From NCBI GenBank assembly GCA_030059675.1, contig JANVYQ010000006.1, positions 47,940 to 111,939 of the forward strand: DNA of 64,000 bases. Direction: 5' to 3'. Below the pieces are notes generated by a model. That model was not told the DNA's origin. It saw only the letters and a list, made by a program, of their open reading frames with translations, and did no database searches. The translations under genes were made by a program, and so were the position numbers. Shown here piece by piece: positions 59,281-64,000 of this stretch (the stretch's first letter is position 1; every line of letters begins with the position of its first letter). The DNA comes from Candidatus Pelearchaeum maunauluense. Lineage in GTDB: Archaea; Thermoproteota; Nitrososphaeria_A; Caldarchaeales; Caldarchaeaceae.

Positions 59281-59355
59281 GCAGTAGTAATGTGCCACGC
59301 CTGCCTTTAAGGGTTAATTTAAGAGTCAAGAAGACTACGACGCAGAGAAGACGGT

Positions 59356-60132
59356 ATGAGCACGATTAGAGAAGGCGACCAAGTCCTGATAATAACGGAG
59401 AAGGGGAAGCGTTATCTTGTCAAGGTCTCAGACGGAAAGCGTTTTCACTCCAGCGAGGGTTTCATAGAGCTTGGGGAGCTGATAGGAAGAGAATACGGCT
59501 CTATGGTTGTTAGCAATACTGGCTCTAGATGGCGTGTCCACAAGCCAGACCTGACAGACCTGATAATGCACTTCCCTAGGTTGACGCAGATAATCTACCA
59601 AAAAGACCTTGGGTTCATCATACTGCACGCTGGTATAGGGCCTGGTAGCAGGGTTCTGGAAGCGGGGACTGGGAGCGCTGTGCTTACCGCTGTGTTGGCT
59701 AACTATGTTAGGCCTGGGGGGCTTGTGTATAGCTATGACGTGAGGCAGGACTATCTGGAAAACGCGAAGCGAATGCTTGAGCGTGTCGGTCTAGGAGAGT
59801 ATGTCGTCCTAAAGCAGCGTGATATAACTTCCTCTGATGTTGATGAGACGGGTTTGGACGCGGCGGTGCTTGATATCCCAGAACCTTGGAAAGCTATTGA
59901 GACATGTTGGAGGGCTTTAAGGCCTAGTGGTAGGCTGGTCTCGCTAAGCCCAACGGTGGAGCAGGTTGTAGAGACGGTGGAAGCCCTCAAGGAAAAGGGC
60001 TTTAGCGATGTTCAGTGTGTTGAGCTCCTGCTCCGCAACATGCGGGTCAAACGTGGCATGACCAGACCTGAATTCCTAATGCGCGCCCATACAACATACA
60101 TAGTTGTTGCGCGTAGGTCTTCTAGAGAGTAG
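59356..60132 (+). CDS. trmI: tRNA (adenine-N1)-methyltransferase
   Basis: QIIY.KD, EAGTGS, LDIPEPW, SPTVEQ. Confidence 0.95.
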   Translation: MSTIREGDQVLIITEKGKRYLVKVSDGKRFHSSEGFIELGELIGREYGSMVVSNTGSRWRVHKPDLTDLIMHFPRLTQIIYQKDLGFIILHAGIGPGSRVLEAGTGSAVLTAVLANYVRPGGLVYSYDVRQDYLENAKRMLERVGLGEYVVLKQRDITSSDVDETGLDAAVLDIPEPWKAIETCWRALRPSGRLVSLSPTVEQVVETVEALKEKGFSDVQCVELLLRNMRVKRGMTRPEFLMRAHTTYIVVARRSSRE

Positions 60133-60168
60133 GTTTTAATTGATGGTTGGTTGTTGGTGCACTAGGCT

Positions 60169-60342
60169 ATGCGCTGGGCAATAAACCTGGCAATCATAAT
60201 AATCATAGCGATAGCTCCCTTCATAGCATTCTCAGCCGCGCGCTCAGGCATGGGCCAGCCAGCAGCCTCGGGGCTGGGCTTCCTGGTTCTCCTGATAGGA
60301 ATAGCCCTCCTACTCGCTAGACAGCTAATACTCAGAAAATAA
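60169..60342 (+). CDS. 57-aa two-TM microprotein
   Basis: MRWAINLAIIIIIAIAPFIAFSAARSGMGQPAASGLGFLVLLIGIALLLARQLILRK; fills the gap, TTTTAA upstream; below ORF-track cutoff. Confidence 0.65.
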   Translation: MRWAINLAIIIIIAIAPFIAFSAARSGMGQPAASGLGFLVLLIGIALLLARQLILRK

Positions 60343-60343
60343 G

Positions 60344-60967
60344 CTAGCTGTTCTGCTTCTCCAGCAAGCTCTTAATTATCTCAGCTATCTCCTTAGCCGC
60401 CTCCTCCGCGTGTTGATATGGATACTTCTGCTCATAGTAGTAGCGTAGTATCCTCAGGTAGCACATCGCCTCGTTAGCAGCTGATACAGCGTATTGCCTA
60501 CTGATGTCCTGGTCGCGCTCAACCTCGTCGAGAGACTCTAGGCCTCGCTTCCTACCGCTCCCTTCGTCCATGTCCTTCATACGTCTGCTCAGAATATCCT
60601 CAGGCCTGAACTCTAGGTGGATTATAGCGTCGGGAATGACCTGTCTGACCACCTCAGAGGGGAGCCCTGGATAGAAGCCCCATGGAGTCTTCACTATTGA
60701 GTGCGTATCTACCACCACAACGCCATCCATCGCAGAAATCTTCCTCGCCGCAGCAACCTGCAGCTCGCGGTAGTGATGGAGGTTAAGAAGCCTCCGCATA
60801 TCGTCGCGATGCTTAACGCCATAAGACTTTACGGCCTCCTCATACATGAGGTCGCCGAAGTTGACCACCTTCACTTCGGGCATAATCTCCTGCATCTTCC
60901 TGAGGATTGTGCTCTTGCCGGAGCCAGGGAGGGCCACTACGAATACCTTTAACCCTTTCAACAACAC
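60344..60967 (-). CDS. adkA: Archaeal adenylate kinase
   Basis: PGSGKST, NFGD, HRD.MR.L, VDTH, G.YPGLP. Confidence 0.93.
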   Translation of the reverse strand: MLLKGLKVFVVALPGSGKSTILRKMQEIMPEVKVVNFGDLMYEEAVKSYGVKHRDDMRRLLNLHHYRELQVAAARKISAMDGVVVVDTHSIVKTPWGFYPGLPSEVVRQVIPDAIIHLEFRPEDILSRRMKDMDEGSGRKRGLESLDEVERDQDISRQYAVSAANEAMCYLRILRYYYEQKYPYQHAEEAAKEIAEIIKSLLEKQNS

Positions 60968-61017
60968 CGCCTCTAGAGGCTTCCAAAGCCCCAGCCTAAG
61001 GGCTGTGCTCGCTTATC

Positions 61018-61866
61018 TTAAATGCTCCCAGCCTGAAGCTCCAGCTGCCTCTCCAGCTTCTGCTTCTGAGAGAGATAGTCCTCCCGCTTCAACTCGCCAA
61101 TCTTATACCGTATCTCCAGCTTATCCAGCCCCAACTTAATCTTCTTATACTGTTCCATCAATATCTGTAACATATCAAGCGCCGTCCTTATGTCATGCTT
61201 AATCGCCTCAACCAGCTCTGGCTCTATCCCAAGCTCTTCGGGGCTAGCGTTGCTGAATGCGGCTAGTTTCTCCTCTAATTGCTGCTGGAATGAGGGTACG
61301 TCGGCCAGCTTAAGGTTAAACGGGTTCTGGAGTATAGCTAGCTTGGGCTTCAGCCTTCCCATCTCCCTATCAATATCAAGCTTCTGGGTAACGTACTGCC
61401 TATCAGGAATCTCGCCAATCTCATGCCTCACTCTAAGCTGTTCCATCCGTGTGTTTAGCTCGTGAAGCCTATCCTCAATACTCTTAATCTCGCTCATCCT
61501 CTTCTCGTTCAGCATAGTAATCCTACTACGATACTCGTTGTACAGCTCGCTGAATATGTGTGGCGGGCATTCTTTCCTTAGAAGTAGGTCAAGGAGACGA
61601 GACCACCAGCCGTATACGTTTGCTATCTGGTCTGTTAGGTTCTTCTCTTCCAGACTCTCCTCCGCTGGAGACGGTGGCTGAATCTCTGCCACCTGCTGCT
61701 CACCCGAAGCCTGCGCGGCGGGAATCGTTATCGTAGCCTCTTCCTCCTTAGCAGCCTTCTGTGCGGGTTGTTTCTCCTCCTCAAGGACGTATCCGCAGTA
61801 GATGCAGAATTTCCCCTTAATCGTTGAACGGCCACAATTTAGACAGGTAACACGGGTCACCGACAT
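61018..61866 (-). CDS. Zn-ribbon + coiled-coil protein with CdvA-like helical repeats
   Basis: CLNC...FCIYCG; two L..R..IGE(I/L)....Y...K motifs. Confidence 0.65.
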   Translation of the reverse strand: MSVTRVTCLNCGRSTIKGKFCIYCGYVLEEEKQPAQKAAKEEEATITIPAAQASGEQQVAEIQPPSPAEESLEEKNLTDQIANVYGWWSRLLDLLLRKECPPHIFSELYNEYRSRITMLNEKRMSEIKSIEDRLHELNTRMEQLRVRHEIGEIPDRQYVTQKLDIDREMGRLKPKLAILQNPFNLKLADVPSFQQQLEEKLAAFSNASPEELGIEPELVEAIKHDIRTALDMLQILMEQYKKIKLGLDKLEIRYKIGELKREDYLSQKQKLERQLELQAGSI

Positions 61867-62089
61867 TAAATTCACGCCTTATCTACTCATTATTAAATCA
61901 CGTATTAAAAATTTCCTCCTACTTTCCCCGCGGCTAATCAACCCCTATACATGGATGCTCTAAAGGTAATTCTTTGGCCATCCCAGTGGTGAAAGGCTAT
62001 TTTCAGCCGATTCCAGGCGTAAAACCCCGAAAATAGAAGGCTTTAAGTACTCGTAGAGCCGTAGTTTGGCTGGGAAGGTTGAAGCTGGC

Positions 62090-62323
62090 ATGGCGCAAGG
62101 AGAGATTTCGGCAGCACCCATTCATCGTATAATAAAGAAGGCTGGAGCCGCCCGTGTTAGCGAGGACGCGGCCGAGGAGCTTAGACGTGTCCTTGAGGAG
62201 GTAGGTTTGGCTATCGCGAAAGAAGCAATAGGGCTCGCCCAGTATGCGGGGAGAAGAACAGTAAAGAGGGAAGACGTGGAGCGCGCAGCACGGACGGTCC
62301 TAAAAGGTGTCTTCACAGCTTAG
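62090..62323 (+). CDS. Archaeal histone (HMf family)
   Basis: API.RIIKKAGA.RVS.DA, AGRRTVK.EDV; alternative TTG start 62066. Confidence 0.95.
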   Translation: MAQGEISAAPIHRIIKKAGAARVSEDAAEELRRVLEEVGLAIAKEAIGLAQYAGRRTVKREDVERAARTVLKGVFTA

Positions 62324-62474
62324 CAAACGAAGGCATAATCATCATTCTACATGGGTAATATTCCCACAATCCATCCATGGTATTATTATTGCGTCTCCTT
62401 TTTGGATTTTGGCGGGCTTATCTTTATATTCAGCCGCCCAGCACTCCAGAGTGAGCTAACGAGGTGTCTGATAT

Positions 62475-64000
62475 ATGGCACTAGTAGCAGGTCAGCCAGT
62501 TATCATACTCAAGGAAGGAACCACGCGCACACAGGGTAAGGCTGCACAGCGCAACAACATAGCTGCCGCCAAGATTATCGCGGAAATCGTGAAGACCACA
62601 CTTGGGCCGAAGGGCATGGATAAGATCCTCGTTGACAGCCTTGGTGATGTTGTGGTGACGAATGACGGCGCTACGATATTGGAGAAGATTGATGTGGAGC
62701 ATCCGGCGGCTAAGATGATTATTGAGGTTGCTAAGACTCAGGACGATGTTGTGGGTGATGGCACTACCACCGCTGTTGTAATTGCTGGCGAGCTTCTGAG
62801 GAAGGCAGAGGAGCTGCTTGAGCAAAAGATACACGCCAGCATGATCATACGCGGATACAAGAAGGCTCTTGACATGGCTTTTGAGGTTATCCAGAAGCAG
62901 GCGACGAAGATAGACCTCAACGATAGGGAGACGCTCAAGAAGGTTGTGAAGACAGCCCTGGGGAGCAAGTCCCTTGGTTTCGCAACAGACCGCATAGCAG
63001 AACTCGCAATAGATGCTGTTCTCTCGGTTGTTAAGGAGAGGGACGGTAAGCTCGTCGCAGACAAGGATGACATACAGATAGTCAAGAAAGTTGGTAAGAG
63101 CCTGCTTGAGAGCGAGGTCATACGCGGCATAATAGTGGATAAGGAAGTAGTGCACGCAGCCATGCCCAAGCGCGTGGAGAATGCTAGGATAGCATTACTT
63201 GACGCTCCATTTGAGATTGAGAAGACGGAGTTTAGCGCCGAGATAAGGATACGCGACCCGCTCAAGATTAAGGAGTTCCTGGACGAGGAGACAAACATCC
63301 TCAAGGGCATGGTTGACAAGGTCAAGGCCGCGGGAGCTAACGTAGTATTCTGCCAGAAGGGCATTGATGATGCTGCGCAGTTCTTCATGGCTAAGGAGGG
63401 AATCTTGGCGGTTAGGCGTGTGAAGAAGAGTGATATGGAGAAGCTGGCGAAGGCTACAGGCGCGAGGATAGTGACGAACTTCGAGGACTTGTCTGGGAAG
63501 GACCTGGGTAGGGCTGCGCTTGTTGAGGAGCGTAAGATAGGCGAGGATAGGATGGTGTTCGTGGAGGGCTGCGAGAACCCGAAGGCCGTGGCGGTTCTGA
63601 TAAGGGCTGGCCTGGAGAGGCAGATGGACGAGGCAGAAAGAGCGCTCAACGACGCCATAATGAACCTCATAACACTCGTCAACGACAGCAGGGTAGTCCC
63701 AGGGGGAGGCGCTATAGAGACGGAGATAGTCCAGTACCTGCGTGCTAATGCTGGCAAGTTCACGGGTAAGGAGCAGCTGGCATTCCAGGCGTTTGCAGAC
63801 GCGATTGAGATAATTCCGAAGACTCTCGCGGAGAATGCGGGGCTTGAGCCTGTGGAGATTATGGCCGAACTCAGACATGGCCATGAGAAGGGTAAGAAGA
63901 GCCTTGGCGTGAATGTCGTCGGCGGCGGTGTAGCTGACATGCTGGAGCTGGGCGTGATAGAGCCTGTTAAGGTCAAGGAGCACGCTCTAAAGTCTAGCTT
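62475..64000 (+). CDS. ths: Thermosome (group II chaperonin) subunit, truncated by window end
   Basis: [38 protein letters not shown]; GAGGTG SD; missing from track because it has no stop in the window. Confidence 0.96.
   Translation, partial: MALVAGQPVIILKEGTTRTQGKAAQRNNIAAAKIIAEIVKTTLGPKGMDKILVDSLGDVVVTNDGATILEKIDVEHPAAKMIIEVAKTQDDVVGDGTTTAVVIAGELLRKAEELLEQKIHASMIIRGYKKALDMAFEVIQKQATKIDLNDRETLKKVVKTALGSKSLGFATDRIAELAIDAVLSVVKERDGKLVADKDDIQIVKKVGKSLLESEVIRGIIVDKEVVHAAMPKRVENARIALLDAPFEIEKTEFSAEIRIRDPLKIKEFLDEETNILKGMVDKVKAAGANVVFCQKGIDDAAQFFMAKEGILAVRRVKKSDMEKLAKATGARIVTNFEDLSGKDLGRAALVEERKIGEDRMVFVEGCENPKAVAVLIRAGLERQMDEAERALNDAIMNLITLVNDSRVVPGGGAIETEIVQYLRANAGKFTGKEQLAFQAFADAIEIIPKTLAENAGLEPVEIMAELRHGHEKGKKSLGVNVVGGGVADMLELGVIEPVKVKEHALKSS

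Noticed and set aside
62295-62346. Possible minus-strand C/D sRNA (ATGATGA...CTAA...TGAAGA)
   Set aside because: No terminal CTGA box or stem, and antisense to the histone gene end
62410-62440. Imperfect inverted repeat around the thermosome TATA
   Set aside because: Too short and imperfect to call an operator without comparative data
62351-62539. ORF containing WYYY upstream of thermosome as a second aromatic leader
   Set aside because: No SD, it spans the thermosome TATA, and the downstream gene is unrelated to aromatic biosynthesis
62481-63983. Long minus-strand ORFs (412, 262, 224 aa)
   Set aside because: Antisense shadows of the thermosome gene
1-64000. CRISPR arrays, tRNA/rRNA genes, transposases, integrases
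   Set aside because: None seen by eye; an intron-split tRNA cannot be fully excluded without tRNAscan-SE

Overview
Gene-dense archaeal chromosomal segment. It encodes an HMf-type histone, aIF5A, a thermosome subunit, archaeal uS12, A/V-type ATPase subunits, pantoate kinase, TrmI and Nob1, and uses TATA-type promoters. By gene content it is most compatible with a thermophilic Thermoproteota lineage such as Caldarchaeales/'Aigarchaeota'; this is an inference. Main blocks: an lysC-asd-aroA'-aroB'-aroD-aroE-aroK-aroA operon (archaeal aspartate-semialdehyde route to chorismate), sdhACDB, wtpABC, potDBCA flanked by two saccharopine-dehydrogenase-like genes and two aminotransferases, pstSCAB-phoU with a divergent AbrB-PhoU regulator, aroC, and several decayed or frameshifted genes. 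No tRNA, rRNA, CRISPR array or transposase was recognised. The best novel candidate is an unannotated 24-codon leader ORF (2263-2337, ending FSAFTTFSYYYRW*) directly upstream of the aromatic biosynthesis operon. It is followed by an anti-Shine-Dalgarno segment that can pair with either the leader's or lysC's ribosome-binding site, and then a U-rich tract: an apparent Phe/Tyr/Trp-sensing ribosome-mediated attenuator in an archaeon. Also found: an unannotated double-guide box C/D sRNA (59215-59280, minus) targeting 23S rRNA, a structured leader upstream of a saccharopine-dehydrogenase-like gene, a cimA gene lacking a canonical start codon, and several microproteins.
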